The notes under the pieces: generated by a model
Database searches by the model: none
Seen by the model: the letters and a program-made list of their open reading frames with translations, nothing else
What the model was told of the DNA's origin: nothing
Made by a program: the position numbers and the translations under genes
Part shown: positions 31,932 through 44,640 of the stretch, piece after piece
Numbering within the stretch: the first letter of the stretch is position 1
Layout: each line of letters opens with the position of its first letter
NCBI GenBank assembly: GCA_976226885.1
Contig: OZ320319.1
Span: 56,296,001-56,360,000 of the forward strand
DNA from: Iphione sp. A-MEVVRFRX5
Taxonomy: Eukaryota
Reading direction: 5' to 3'
DNA length: 64,000 nucleotides

Positions 31932-34721
31932 ATGGGATGTCTAAAGGTTATGACCTACAATGTGCGCAGTCTGCCTAAGAAGGTGAGGGAACTCGGGACC
32001 TTTATTTCCAGTGAAAATATTGACCTTGCTGTGATTACGGAGACTTGGCTAAACCAGACTCATAGCGACGGTGAACTGCACATTGCGGGGTACTCTATTG
32101 TCAGGCGTGATAGAATTTCTGCCTCGAACAAGCGGGGCGGTGGAGTTCTTATTTACATCAAGGAAGGTATTGACCTAATCTCCACGGAAGACCTCACCCA
32201 GGAAGGCAGTCTCTGTGAAATACTGGGTGTCAAGGTGAAGGTGGGCAAGAGACGCCCACATTACCTGATCGCGGTCTATCGGCCGCCGCATGACAAACTT
32301 GCAGACACACATAAAGCACTCAACGTGGTTATGACAGCTGCTACAAAGACAAAGAGATGCGACCTCACGGTCCTTGGAGACCTCAATTATAACTTCATGG
32401 TTAAAGGAAGGGTTGGTCAATCCATTACAGACTTGTTTTCAGGCTACGGTCTGACTCAGCTGGTAGGCTGCTCAACCATGGTCGACACGGACCATTGTCT
32501 GGACCATGTATGGGTGAGCTACGCTGGCCAACTAAGGGTGTCTGTCGCTGAGTACTTTCTGAGCGACCACCTACCGGTAATCCTGACCATGAAGAAAGGG
32601 GTGGCAAAAGGTACAATGGAAGAAATTAGGATGAGGCAATACCGAGATGTAGACGTCAATAAGATTCACAGCACACTGAATGAGCAGGGCCTACCGGATG
32701 TCGAAAGCGGTCCCGATAAGGCATGGTCCGAATTTGTCGTCAGAACTCGGGCCTTGATTGAGGAAGATGCACCGGAGGTGAGGAGGAAGAAGAGACTCCG
32801 ACCGGGGACAGTCCCCATTGATGATGGTTTGCGTGAACTAATCGCCGACCGGCGCTACTATTATCGAAAATGGAAATCAGTCGGTTGTGAGGATGCCAGA
32901 AGGATTTTTAAGCATCTTAACGCTGAGGTGAGGAAGGGGATGAGACTAGCAACAAAACTACACTGGTCGAGGAAAGTAAAAGAAGCAGGTGGTGACTCGT
33001 GCAAACTTTGGTGTGTGCTAAATGAAGTTCTCGGAAGAACAAGGAAGGAAGAGATACTGCCTAACGACAAAAGCGCTGACGGCGCTTCAGATGGAGAATC
33101 GCTCCCTGATAGGCTAAATGACTACTTCGTCGATGAGGTGAACAGACTAGCTGCAGGGCATCCCGCAACCGGCTGGGTGGCTTCGGGTAGAAGAGACACA
33201 TTTGACCTAGAGGAGCCGACCCCAGCAAGTATCCGACCGTACATCAGCCAACAAAAAGTCTGCAAGGCCTCGGGGGTTGATGGTATACCGACTCATCTCT
33301 TGAAGCCACTACTGCTCTTGAACGCAGACTTTGTGTCCGCACTCTTCTCCAAGATACGGTCTGTAGGACGGTATCCAGACGAATGGAAGGTGGCTCGCGT
33401 AACCCCGATCCACAAGAAGGGGGACCGCAAGGAGCTGGCCAATTATAGGCCAGTTTCCATTTTGCCCCTCCCAGGCAAAATCTTTGAGGGTTGGATGGTG
33501 GCAAGGTTAGTGACCTGCCTGGAGGAGAGACACTTCATTGGCAAGGCCCAACATGGCTTCCGAAGCGGTCAAAGTACTGAGACGGCTGTCGTGTGCCTAG
33601 TTAACAAGCTAAGGGAGGTCATAAACTCCGGAATGTATTGCTGCCTACTCACATTCGATTTAAAAAAGGCATTTGACCTGGTACCATCTGCGGTCGTGCT
33701 GAGAAGACTCCAAGAGGCGGGTGCAGGTAGTAATTTCAGGAAGCTGATTGGAAACTACTTCAACAATCGGATGCAGTTTGTCAGATGTCGGGGAGCGCAG
33801 TCGGGCTTACGGAGGGTGGAACACGGAGTACCGCAAGGCTCTGTGTTCGGCCCAATCGCGTTCTCTCTTGTGGTTGATGAAGTGGTAGGTTGCCTACCAC
33901 GTCACAGCGACCCTATCCTGTACGCCGATGACTTGAGCATCATAGTGCAGGCTCCCGACCTCCTACGCCTGCGTTCGAATGCACAACATACGGTGAATGA
34001 GGTCAGCCACTGGTGCAGAAATGTGGGCCTACTTCTGAGTGAAAAAAAGTGTGGCTACATGTGCCTTGGAAAGGCTGCAGCAGTTCCTTTGGAGCTTAAC
34101 CTGGGCAAGACAGCCCTGGCCAGCACATGCAAGACCTCACTACTAGGGTATGTGCTTGACAACCAGCTCAAGTTCAAAGATCAGATTAAGGTCTTAAAAA
34201 GCACAACATGGAGTGCCGCCTTGAAGCTAGGCAGAGCTAAGATGCTATTGCCGCTTCCACTCCGTGTGCGACTTTTCAAGGCGCTGGTCATGCCACATGT
34301 GGAATATGCATCTGCACTACTCTACTCTTGCACAAAAGGCGACATCTCAAGGCTGCAGGTCCATTTGAACCGCTGCCTGCGTATCGCTGTGCTAAGTAGC
34401 CACCAGATGTCTGTGAGGTCAGTAGCACTTAGGTACGGTATAGGTAGAATCTCGGACATCGTGGATACGAGAGCCGTCATCGCAACCCATCGGCAGGTCC
34501 ACTTGGGACTAATGCCAACAGCTGACAAATCCAAAACCAGGGATGGCTCGAGCTTGAGGGCAAGAATCCCTAAGCCAAAGAGCCGAAAATTCATGTGCAC
34601 CATTCGCTATGGTGCTACGAACACCTGGAATGGCCTTCCGCAAGCCATTAGGCAGGAAGCGACCGTGGGCCCACTGAAGAGGCATCTGCAGGTGCCCAGC
34701 GGGGCAGGAATGGTACACTAG
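31932..34721 (+). CDS. LINE ORF2: AP endonuclease + reverse transcriptase, 929 aa, uninterrupted
   Basis: YNVRSL, ITETWL, GGGVLIY, YRPP, GDLN, LDH, SDHLPV; NYRPVSILP, QHGFR, DLKKAFD, GVPQGSVFGP, YADD; C-terminal WNGLP. Confidence 0.97.
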   Translation: MGCLKVMTYNVRSLPKKVRELGTFISSENIDLAVITETWLNQTHSDGELHIAGYSIVRRDRISASNKRGGGVLIYIKEGIDLISTEDLTQEGSLCEILGVKVKVGKRRPHYLIAVYRPPHDKLADTHKALNVVMTAATKTKRCDLTVLGDLNYNFMVKGRVGQSITDLFSGYGLTQLVGCSTMVDTDHCLDHVWVSYAGQLRVSVAEYFLSDHLPVILTMKKGVAKGTMEEIRMRQYRDVDVNKIHSTLNEQGLPDVESGPDKAWSEFVVRTRALIEEDAPEVRRKKRLRPGTVPIDDGLRELIADRRYYYRKWKSVGCEDARRIFKHLNAEVRKGMRLATKLHWSRKVKEAGGDSCKLWCVLNEVLGRTRKEEILPNDKSADGASDGESLPDRLNDYFVDEVNRLAAGHPATGWVASGRRDTFDLEEPTPASIRPYISQQKVCKASGVDGIPTHLLKPLLLLNADFVSALFSKIRSVGRYPDEWKVARVTPIHKKGDRKELANYRPVSILPLPGKIFEGWMVARLVTCLEERHFIGKAQHGFRSGQSTETAVVCLVNKLREVINSGMYCCLLTFDLKKAFDLVPSAVVLRRLQEAGAGSNFRKLIGNYFNNRMQFVRCRGAQSGLRRVEHGVPQGSVFGPIAFSLVVDEVVGCLPRHSDPILYADDLSIIVQAPDLLRLRSNAQHTVNEVSHWCRNVGLLLSEKKCGYMCLGKAAAVPLELNLGKTALASTCKTSLLGYVLDNQLKFKDQIKVLKSTTWSAALKLGRAKMLLPLPLRVRLFKALVMPHVEYASALLYSCTKGDISRLQVHLNRCLRIAVLSSHQMSVRSVALRYGIGRISDIVDTRAVIATHRQVHLGLMPTADKSKTRDGSSLRARIPKPKSRKFMCTIRYGATNTWNGLPQAIRQEATVGPLKRHLQVPSGAGMVH

Positions 34722-37700
34722 GGTTGAACACAGACTATGAGGGGTTGACCACAGCCGCGGGTCGTTACCGAGATGAAGAAGGGGAGACTGGCTCATGGCG
34801 TTTTCTATAATTCTATAATTCCATTAAAGTGGGCAGGGTATCGTTCAGTGGTATGGCCACCGATTTTAAATCAATGAGGGGTAAATTCCTTAATTACCAG
34901 CCTTGCACATGCTCGCCTCGCCATCAAGATAGTACACCACGTGACTGGCAAGGTGTGCCAACAATTTTTCAAGCTATAAGCCCTAAGAAACAGTCACACT
35001 CAAAAGTATACCACACTGCTATCTCTAATTAGTAGGTTGTCTGATCCAATCTTGCATGTTCTGCACGGTATCTACTACAAGTGTATCACTGCATGCTACC
35101 TGCATGACTGTCAAAATGTTGTGAGAAGGTTAACACTGCATTAAGTGTGTCTGCGTGAAGCATGATATGCATATAACCCACCTATAGTGCCTGCAATAAT
35201 GAGTATGTCGCAACTCTGTAGTAATGAGTAAACACAGCCTCTCGTTGTATTAACCTGCCTAAGACATGGGTGAGAACGATGAATCAAAGTGAATGCCTGC
35301 TACGTTGTATCCATGCGTTATGTCTTGTGCTATGTACCCCTATGCTCAGCTAATATGTCGTGCGTTAACCCAAACAGTGTCCTTCACCATGATGTTTACT
35401 GTTTCTATGTCCTGTGTGTCCACCCCCTGTACTTATGTTAACCATCGGTAACCCTTACTTATGTTGAATTGTCCTGTTACATTAACCAAGGATAGCTTCG
35501 TGTACAAATGAAGATTGGTTAATAAACAAATAAACAAACAAACAAGAGGGATCATCCTGACGATGAACTTCTGCCCAGGGTTGGAAAACATCAAGGCTGA
35601 TGAAGCAAGTCGCCAGTTCAAATGCTTGTAGGGAGTGGGTGATGCAGCCCTAGTTCAGAACACTACCCCGGTGAGCAGAGAGGAGGCCGACTGTCGAGAT
35701 GGACATGCTGATCTGGGGCCCCCAGGGGTGGCACCTGTGTGCTGGCATGATGAGCCTGTGAATCCTAATCCTCTGACAGAGAAACAGATAGGGGTTGGGC
35801 TACCTGGGCTGGTGGCCTGCTGCATGTTCCAGGGCTGGGCCACCAGCTCAAAGTGTCAGTACCTCTCAGTGTTGACCAGATTCAAGCTGTACTGCTGGTT
35901 GCATGGTGTGGACTCAAAATCACCATGTCTGCTAAAGGCATTGGAGTTCCTGGAGGGGTTAGCCAATGAAGGCCTCTCTTACTCATATGTCAACGTGGCT
36001 AGGAGGTTCCTCTCCAGCTTCATCATCTTTGACTGAAGCTTCACCATTGGAACCAAACCCTATATCATATGTTTCATGAAGGGGGTGTGCCAGACCAAGC
36101 GGTTTATGGCCAAGTTTAAGGAGGTCTGGGATGTTGGCCAAGTCCTCAATAAACTGGCCATGTGGGGTGAGGCCCGGGCCACACCCTCGACCTGGAGGCC
36201 CTGACAAAAAAGACTGTGACACTGTGTCTCCTGGCCTCCAAACAGAGGGTCCAAACCCTCAAAGTGACAAAGAGAACTGACATCCATTTTGACCAGGATG
36301 CCTGCATGATCCATGTCTCTGGATGACTCAAGCATTCCAGGCACAATTTGAAAAACTTGGTCTTTAGATCATTTGAGGACAGGACCCTCTGTGTCTATGA
36401 CCATCTGGCCACCTACCTGGCAGCCACAGATTAATTCAACCACAAGGGAGTCATGTTTGTGGGATATTCCCACAAGACACCAGTGACATGAAGGACACTC
36501 TCAAGGCTTGAAGCCTTGACACCGATAAGTTCATGGCACACAGGACACATGCCGCCTCCACCAGTAAGGTGTTGCAGATGGGCTTGCCACTAGACACCAT
36601 CCTCAAGGCTGGAGGATGGATGGAGGCCTCCATCTTCACCCATTTTTACCACAGAGCAGTGAAGCAGGCAGGTGACTTTGGCTACACAAATCTTGAGAGT
36701 GCCAAAACGATATAGAACTCTGTGTTTTGTTCTGATTTGGTGTCAGTATTGATTGAAATGTGTTTTTATCATGCTTGATTCAAAAATGAATGACCACTTG
36801 GTTTCAGGTCTTTTCGTGAACTTTGGACTTCATGTGACATTTATTAGAGGCAAGGGGCTAATGTGGCAACTACAGGGTGTGGAGCAGGACAGTCCTCTAG
36901 AAGAACAGGAAGAGGGGGTGTCATGGGGCAAGACTGTGGCAGTGGAGCAGCGCATAAACTCCCACATGGTGATCAGCACTGGCAAGGGAGGACCCATGAG
37001 GGCACTTAGGATGGAAAAGACATTGACACTATGACCAGGGGACCCAACCTCAAATGGCCCAATCTTCCTTGGAGTCATTGGAGAATGAGGAGGACTCACA
37101 GAAGGAGGCAGACAATGAACCAGAGTCCCGGCCAGGGGCCAGAAGATAAAGCAGTGCATGGGCTGGTAGAGGAGTTGTCTAGTCATGTTACCATGGGATT
37201 GCCCATGGTGGATGGCCATTAAGGTGGGCACTTTCAACACAGTGACCTCCCCGCCCAACTTCCTACACCATTATCAGCTGGAGGCTAATGCAAATGGCTG
37301 GAATGACAAGGTGGTACAATTGGGGGTAGTCTTGAGAAAGTCAGTGCACATGGCTTTTAGGAATGCACAAGTGGAGGTGACCAAGGAGGGAGCTTTTGAG
37401 AAGATAGTGAACGAAGAAGAAGAAGAGTGCTTCTTCTGTAATGATCCCAGCCACTTCAAGAAAGACTGTCCCAAGTGGAAGGGCGATGCTTCCACATCGG
37501 CATTGTCAGGAAAAGGGGAAGTGCACACCCCTCAGTAAAATTGTGGTCAGCCATGTCGTAGGAAGAAGATGGCCTTCCTTGCTTAGAAGAACATTTATGG
37601 AGGATCCAAGTTGGCATGAAGGAGACCAAAGAACTGTGACTGGAGGGAGAACCAGAAGGGGTGTGCGAGGGAATCATCTTGTCCAGTCAGTTATGGGGAA

Positions 37701-39920
37701 GATTGGTGCAAAAGCTGGTGGACACCAGAGCCTGACTCACCTTGTTGAGTCAGGAGGTAGTCAGAGACATCAACCTAGAAGATCTTCAGGACATTCATGG
37801 TCAAGTGCTTTGCACTCTCTGCAGGTGGACAGCCAGACAGAGTTGGACATGGACTTCTCAGCAGCCACATTGAAGATCAATGCCCTGGTTGCTAACATAG
37901 ACTGTGATGGAATCCTGGACATGGACATATTTACAGAGTGGGAGGCACTCCCAGACATGTGAGGCCCAGCACTTAGGATCCAGTTGCTGCAAGATGGTCA
38001 ACCGTATTCTTGGAGGGTGGGGTTAGCAGCGGATACCATGGCTGATGGCAGTAGCACAATGGATGTAGAGGTGGAGTGACCTCAGGTTGCAGAGGCTGCG
38101 TGGATGGTTTTGAGGGTCAGACTGGGATCCATGTTGCCAGGGTATTGTGAGCTGCAGGTATGGGCTGCAGCATGGTGAGACTGTTAAATGCAGGGAAGAC
38201 TTCACAAGCTATGTTTGAAGGGACTATGGTGGACGGAGCTTCTATGGTGTGAGAGGTCGATGAGTGGTGGCCTGCCACCCCTTCCGGTCCAACACTTGAG
38301 GCTATGGAGCAGCTCATGGCAGAGCTACTAAGTGAGCTGACCATGGAGGAGTGGGGAACAGTGGCAGAGATGCTGAAGCAGAGTGCCAGGATATTCCAGC
38401 TGAAGGGAGAGCTGTTCAGATGCATGGAAGTAGTCACCCACACCAAGGCTCCAATTAGGTAACGTGTTCGTTGACTGCCCTCGCAGAAGAGGGAGATTGT
38501 CATCAAGGAGGTGGACAAGAAGCTGCAGAAGGGAGTGCTGGAGCCCTACACCAGCCCCTGGGCATCCCTGGTATCGCTGGTGAAGAAGAAAGATGAGACA
38601 TGGCAGTTCTGCATAGACTACCAGAGCTTCAACCATGTTTCAACGAAGGATGCCTACCCCCTCCCCAGGGATCGATGATATGCTCGATGCCCTGGGAGAG
38701 GCCCATTACTTCCCTGTGCTGGATTTGGCAGCAGGCTACTGGCAAGTGGGCCTCAAGCCTGACGGTAAGGAGAAGACGGCCATTTGCACAACCTCAGGGC
38801 TGTATCAGTTTACTGTGATGCCCTTTGGTCTCTGCAATGCACCCTCAATGGTCGAGTGGCTGATGGAGGCAGTGCTGCATGGGCTAGTGGGGCAGACCTG
38901 CTTGGTCTTCCTTGATGACATAATCATCATCGGAAAGGATGTTGGCATAATGGCCCCACAACTTTAGGAGGTCTTCAACCAGCAGGTGGACACAGGCCTC
39001 AAGGTCAAGCCCAGTAAGTGCCAACTGTTCTGGAGGAAGTGGCATACTTAGGTTACAAGGTCTCTGCAGAGGGGTCAGTCTGGAGAAAGTGGCAGTGATA
39101 CAAGGGTGACCACGGCCTAGGTGCCTAACAAAACTTTACAGCTTCATCAGGATCTGCTTGTATTATAGGAGCTTCATCCCCAGATTTACAGCTGTGGCGG
39201 CACCACTTCATGATTTGCTCCAGAAGGAAGTGGAGTATCAGTGGACCAACATTTGTGAGTTGGTGTTCTAGGAGCTGAAGAAGAGACTGGTGTCTGCCCC
39301 CATCCTGGGCTACCCTAGGTCTGAGGGACAGTTGTATCTGGACACAGACACTTCCACCAGCAGGCTGGGGGTGGTCCTCTAACAGAACCAAGACGGGAAG
39401 GAGAGACCACTCACCTATGCTACCTGCACTCTCAGTCGAGCCGAGTGCTCTATGTCTATTGTGTCATATGGAAAGAGCTACTGGCAGTGGTATTCAGGCT
39501 GTGGAAATTCAAGTCATACCTAGGAGGACAGGAAGTGACCATTCAGACAGACCATGGGTCACTCAGGTGCAGCTTCAAAGAACCTGAGGGCCAACTACCA
39601 TGCTGGATGGACATTTACACCTATGTTTTTTATACCACAGAGATACACTAGACAGGGTTGCACAACGATATACATGCTAGCCATGTTTACACCAAGATTT
39701 ACACCTATGACATGGACATTGTCCATCACCCTTGGAGGAAGCACGGCAATGTGGATGGGCTGTCCTGAGTTGACTGTCCTCAGTGTGGGCACTGGGAGGA
39801 AGAGGAAGGCAGCCAGAGAGCAGCGAGTCTAGAGGGAACTTCCACCCAGCCTGAGCTCCCATTTCAGTGGGCCCGCTGGTAAGAGGACCTAGTAAAATGG
39901 GATCAAACTAGCATTGGTCC

Positions 39921-41112
39921 GGGATCGGTAATTGCACATCTCCTCTCTCTATGACTGTCTGGACGCAGTGCCATATGGCCACTGCTACTGCTGGGGCGGG
40001 GTTGGACCAGTACACTTTCTTTCTTTCTTTACTTTCTACAAACACGGAGTCCCCAACCAGTGCCAGCCTAGATGTACGCCACAACACACAAGGGTTGGCC
40101 AACCTTGCTACTGCACGTTGCCCGCTGTCTAGCCCCACCTCCCGCCCCCCCCTTTTTCCCCATGTGTCCTTAGGTAGTACCTGATTCTTACCATCTAATC
40201 CCATTTTTTTTAAAAACCAACTGCCTGCCGAAATCACTAATTTTCTAAATGTGTTTCTACCCACAAGCTTATTTCGCCTATGTGTTACGCTGGCTCAGAA
40301 ATTGATCTGTTTCTTGCTAGCACTCGATGCGATCCTAGTCACACGTTGCTAATAATCGGCTGTACTCTTCATATCTTACATGGAATTTGGGTATGGCCAG
40401 TGTTGTAGTTATGTACCTAAAGAGCAAAACTGTTCTGTGCTGCAGCTATCCACCGTCCCTGAGGCAAATACTGCTAAAATGGGCCTATATGTATGTATCA
40501 TACTATAATGCATCCTATTTTTCAACCTTGCCAGGATATGAGGCAGCTAGTATCCAATTATGGTTTGTGCCAGTGCAGCTTATTGTATCTTCTTATATTT
40601 CTCTCGAGCATATTTCATACTACCCTTTGATCTAACAACATTATTGTCTTAAAACAGCTGTAACTATTGACCTACATTGTTCACCATATACTGCCACTCA
40701 TAGATTGGCAGGTAGCGACTCAAACTCCCAGGAGCAAGAGGTGTTGTTATATATTTAAATCTGGTTGACTGCTGATCTGCACCACATAATGAATGTTATT
40801 ACAGGTGCACACTGCTATGCACCTGCTGCTATTGTGTGGACTACTCATGACATCTTTGGAGTTTGATGGCACAAGACATTCGGTATCCAAACGGGTTTTG
40901 AGCCACTGGTCGGCTTGGATGCCTACTACTTGGTTTTGTAACCTATACTGCATCGTACATTGTACATTTCTTTAAATTTCTATTTTACATTGTGATATTT
41001 TCTATAATGCACTCAAGTTTGTTTCTTGTTCACTCACCTGTATTAACCAGGAAAACTCTATGTTGTATGAGAATGTGGTCAATAAAAGACTCAATCAATC
41101 AATCAAAAGAAA
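39921..41112 (+). mobile_element. Non-autonomous CR1-like non-LTR insertion in Gypsy-B
   Basis: AATAAA plus (TCAA)n tail at 41081-41105; possible TGGTCC TSD (39915-39920 / 41113-41118); decayed RHSVSKRVLSHW near the 3' end; GC/CT-rich 5' part. Confidence 0.6.
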
Positions 41113-43125
41113 TGGTCCTCACCTTGGAAGCAGGAATGGAGTTGCATACAATACCAGCACTTTGCAACTGGCAGGAGCAGCAACCCTTCTGTGAATGGCC
41201 ATGACTGAAGCTGCGAGAGGTAGTCCTGTGTTGGAGATGTGAGAGAGAAGATGAAAGCAAGTTAATGCAGGCCTATGTCCCACAATGGCTGAGGAAGCAA
41301 CTCTGGCAGCAGGTGCATGCAGGTCCCTTGGGCAGATACCAGGGAAGTCAGAGGACAGAAGGCATACTCCCATTGCAATACTGCTGGCCTGGTATGGCCT
41401 GGGACATGAGACTGTGGGGACCTGCCTACCTTGACTGCCAACAGACCAAGAAACCACAGGCTCAGAGGAGGGCCCCCCCAACCTCATGATGGCACCTGTC
41501 CCTGGGCTGTGGGAGCAGGTGGTAGTCAATGTGTGTGGGCCATTCCCAGTGACTCAGATGGGGAACATCATTGTCATGGCTGATCATTTTCCCAAGTGGG
41601 TGGAGGCTTTCCCAACCCCAGATGCTACTGCTAAGGTCCTGCTTAAAGAGATGGTGTGTTGCTTTGACCCCCTTGCATCATCCACTCAGATCAGGGGCCA
41701 ATTTTGCAGCAGAGATATTCCAGGGCTGCCGGCAATACTGGGTATTGAGAAGTTGAGGATGACCGCCTACCACCCCAGAGTGACAGGGTAGTGGAACGGT
41801 TCAACTGGACTCCAGTGAAGATGCTAGCCATGGTAATCAAGGAGGACGAGTCAGACTGGGATGAACAACTACCCTTCATCATGTTGGCCTACCAGACTAC
41901 TCCTCACCAGAGTACACAGCTGTCACTGAACTGGATGCTTCTTAATTGGGAGACAACCCTCCTGGTAGAACTGATGTATGGCACCCTGGCAGATGCACCA
42001 GCTTTGGGATTTGACTTTTTAGAAGATCAAAGCCAGGTGATCATTGCAGCCCACAACTTGGATAGGCAGTGATTGCAGAGGGCAGCTGAGTGACAGAAGG
42101 ATTGGTATGACAAACAAGTCTGCAAAGGAGATTTTGCCATTAATGATGGAGTGTGGCTGCTATAACCAGTGAAGAGGAAAGGCCATTCCCCCAAGCTAGA
42201 GTGATGCTGGTTAGGGCCCTGGACTGTGGTGAGCAAGCTGTCAGAAGTGGTCTATCAGATAGCCTGCAGTGGTAAACGGCAATTGGTACACGCTGATCTG
42301 TTGAAGCCAGTGTTTAGGACAGGGGAACTTTCACCTTGCCACCCAAGACCAGGGAGACAACCCCAGTGGAGCTGATGCTCTGTAGCTGGACTGCCTGGAG
42401 TCAGAACTTCAGCCACGCCAACATTGGCCCCCACATGGTATTGGGCCCTGCATACTCCTCTTCTGACCCCATTTGAGATGAAGCTGGTCCCAGGAAACTG
42501 GAAGCCCAGGAATACCAAGGAGGGGGCATGGGTGAAGTTGGTCAGAACCCCTCGTTGCAGGATTCTTGACAATAGAAGGGGGACATCCAGGGAAGTTCAG
42601 TGAAGAGTAGTGGTGATGTTCAGGGAGAAGGACTCCCTCAACCAGGAGAGGGTCATGTGACAACTGCAGTGACAGGTGTGTGGCACTGACCTGCAATGAG
42701 GGGGAACACAAAGATGCTCCATGTGTGCAGTTCCACAGGGCACTGGCCTGCACAGGCAGAGATGTAGCAAGAGGAGGACAGAGCATGCGGGGCTATGGAC
42801 ATTGAGGAATTCCCGGGAGCAAGTTATGGTCCAAGAACAGTTCCATGTACCAGGAGCCAGCCAAAGAGGAGAGGATGGACCTTATCTGTGGAAGAAAAGT
42901 TTGGTTCAGGATGAGCAGTCAGTAACTGGCATGAGACCACCCTGGCCAGAACCGCCCCCGCTGAGCTCGCACATGCAGTCCACTACACTAGTGAAACCTC
43001 TTCAGGCCGAGTGTGCAGGCTTATGGGTATCAAAGAATTTCCAGAATGGAGTTGTGGTCTGAGAGGAGTTCCAGATACCAGGAGCAAGCCAAGGGGGAGA
43101 GACCAGACCCTGTCTGAAGGAGTTT

Positions 43126-43762
43126 AATGATCAGAGAGACAATACGTTATTAAGGTTGTTACCATACGATATTATTGAAACTGTAGATCCAGTGAAGGTT
43201 GGCAGGATGTCATCCTGTAAAATATTAAGGTTATGTGACAGAGTTAGAGTGATTCCAATTAGACCTTGCAGGGAGAAATACAGGTGGTCCACCTCATATT
43301 TTGCTAGTGTATTATGGACAAAGTTACCTCAAAATATTACTGTACTAGATAGGAAGCTTTGATAGATTCTTAAAAGGACAGAGATGATGATATAGTATTG
43401 CTTACGAAATTGTTGTGAGAAATGTGTATGAGGAGGAGGGATAGGCATATTGTAAGAATAGAACTAGGTATACATTTAAGACAGAGAGATTGGATACAAG
43501 AGATTTGAGCTTATGATTTTTGGCTACAAGGATTTGTAATTAAAAGATAACAATAATCAATGATTGCCAGAAATTGGTAAATGTGCTGAATGAGAAAGGT
43601 AATCCACAAGAGTCCAAGAACAAGGAGTTTTTTGCTAATCACAGATGTAGAGTTTTTAGAGTTGTGGGCTGTGAAGTTTCATTGTTATCACATATCACAT
43701 TCCGGCAAAAATCTACATTAGATTGTATGTGATCCAAATAAACATTTGAACATTAAAAAAAT
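43126..43762 (+). mobile_element. LINE 3' fragment inserted in the Gypsy-B accessory region
   Basis: AT-rich; encodes EKYRWSTSYFASVLWTKLPQNI (ORF2 C-terminus type); interrupts a repeated module. Confidence 0.65.
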
Positions 43763-44439
43763 CTGCAGGGAAGATATCTGGCTCAGGATAACTGGTCGGC
43801 AACTGACATGAGACCACCCTGGCCAGAACTGCCCATGCTGGGCTTGCATGTGCAGACTACATTACAAGTGGAATTGAGGCAAAAAAGATTACCCAGCGAA
43901 GCCAGCAGAGAAGTAGATCAGAGCCTAGGACCATGTGAGTGGGGTGAAACATCAAGCATTGCAGAAATTTTGAAGACTCCACAAGGACCCTGTCATGCGG
44001 TCCTGCCCATGTGGAGCTATTTGGTGCTGTAATACGCTCCAAAGGGCTTGATCAATCAGTGTCGTGTGGGCCCGGGTACCTGCCTGTTTAAGGGCAGCAT
44101 ATCAGACTGCATGCTACTTAGTTATCCAGTGGGCATACCATCAACATTGAGGCAGCATATTTCAAAAGACAGACTCAAAACCACATGGAAGGTTCCCCAT
44201 CCTGTTTGGTCCCCTTGAGGAACTGCGGCAGCTGCAGATCCAGTTGAATAGAGTGACAACAAGACAGTGTCAGTAGAAAATGTGTGGGCTGACATTGGAC
44301 CGCATTCATGGTCGACTGTGGGCCAACACTGAGTGCACAGACTGTGGAGGGCAGCCTGCAAACCACAGCAGGTGGAGCAATGACACGGGCCAGTTATCAG
44401 ACCGCATGGGGCAGTCCAGTCAAGAGCCTGTTGACATTA

Positions 44440-44640
44440 TGACTGAAGGATGCTTCCCCTGTGACAGCTGCAGCTACAGTTGTGACAAGAAGGCTAACCT
44501 GGAGTGGCATCAGTGTAGATACACCAACCAAAGTTTTGGAAGACTTTGCCCTACTCCTGAGTTCCGTGAGAAGGCCTTCTGTCAATGTAATGAATTTAAG
44601 CACAATATGGAGAAGGTACATCATGGTCACCAGCCCCACT
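44440..44640 (+). pseudogene. Two degenerate C2H2-like fingers in the Gypsy-B post-integrase ORF
   Basis: FPCDSCSYSCDKKANLEWHQ and LCPTPEFREKAF...EFKHNMEKVH within ORF 44280-45071. Confidence 0.55.

Larger units (their letters stand above)
30873..35543 (+). mobile_element. Young CR1/L2-group LINE (4.67 kb, 5' truncated in ORF1) with 6-bp TSD
   Basis: TSD AAGAGG at 30867-30872 and 35544-35549; 3' tail AATAAAC(AAAT)(AAAC)n; intact ORF2. Confidence 0.92.
29535..36715 (+). mobile_element. Decayed DIRS-type YR retrotransposon (RT-RNase H 29535-30872; RNase H end and tyrosine recombinase 35550-36715), split by a LINE
   Basis: STIFLRPKKAG..RVIL, DIVHAYF, NLDDIII, YTDASKMGWG. REILTFFEGRG|IILTMNFCPGLENIKADEASR is restored across the LINE. 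YR motifs include LEFL..L...GLSYS and AHRTHAASTS...GLPLDTILKAGGW...FTHFY. Confidence 0.9.
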
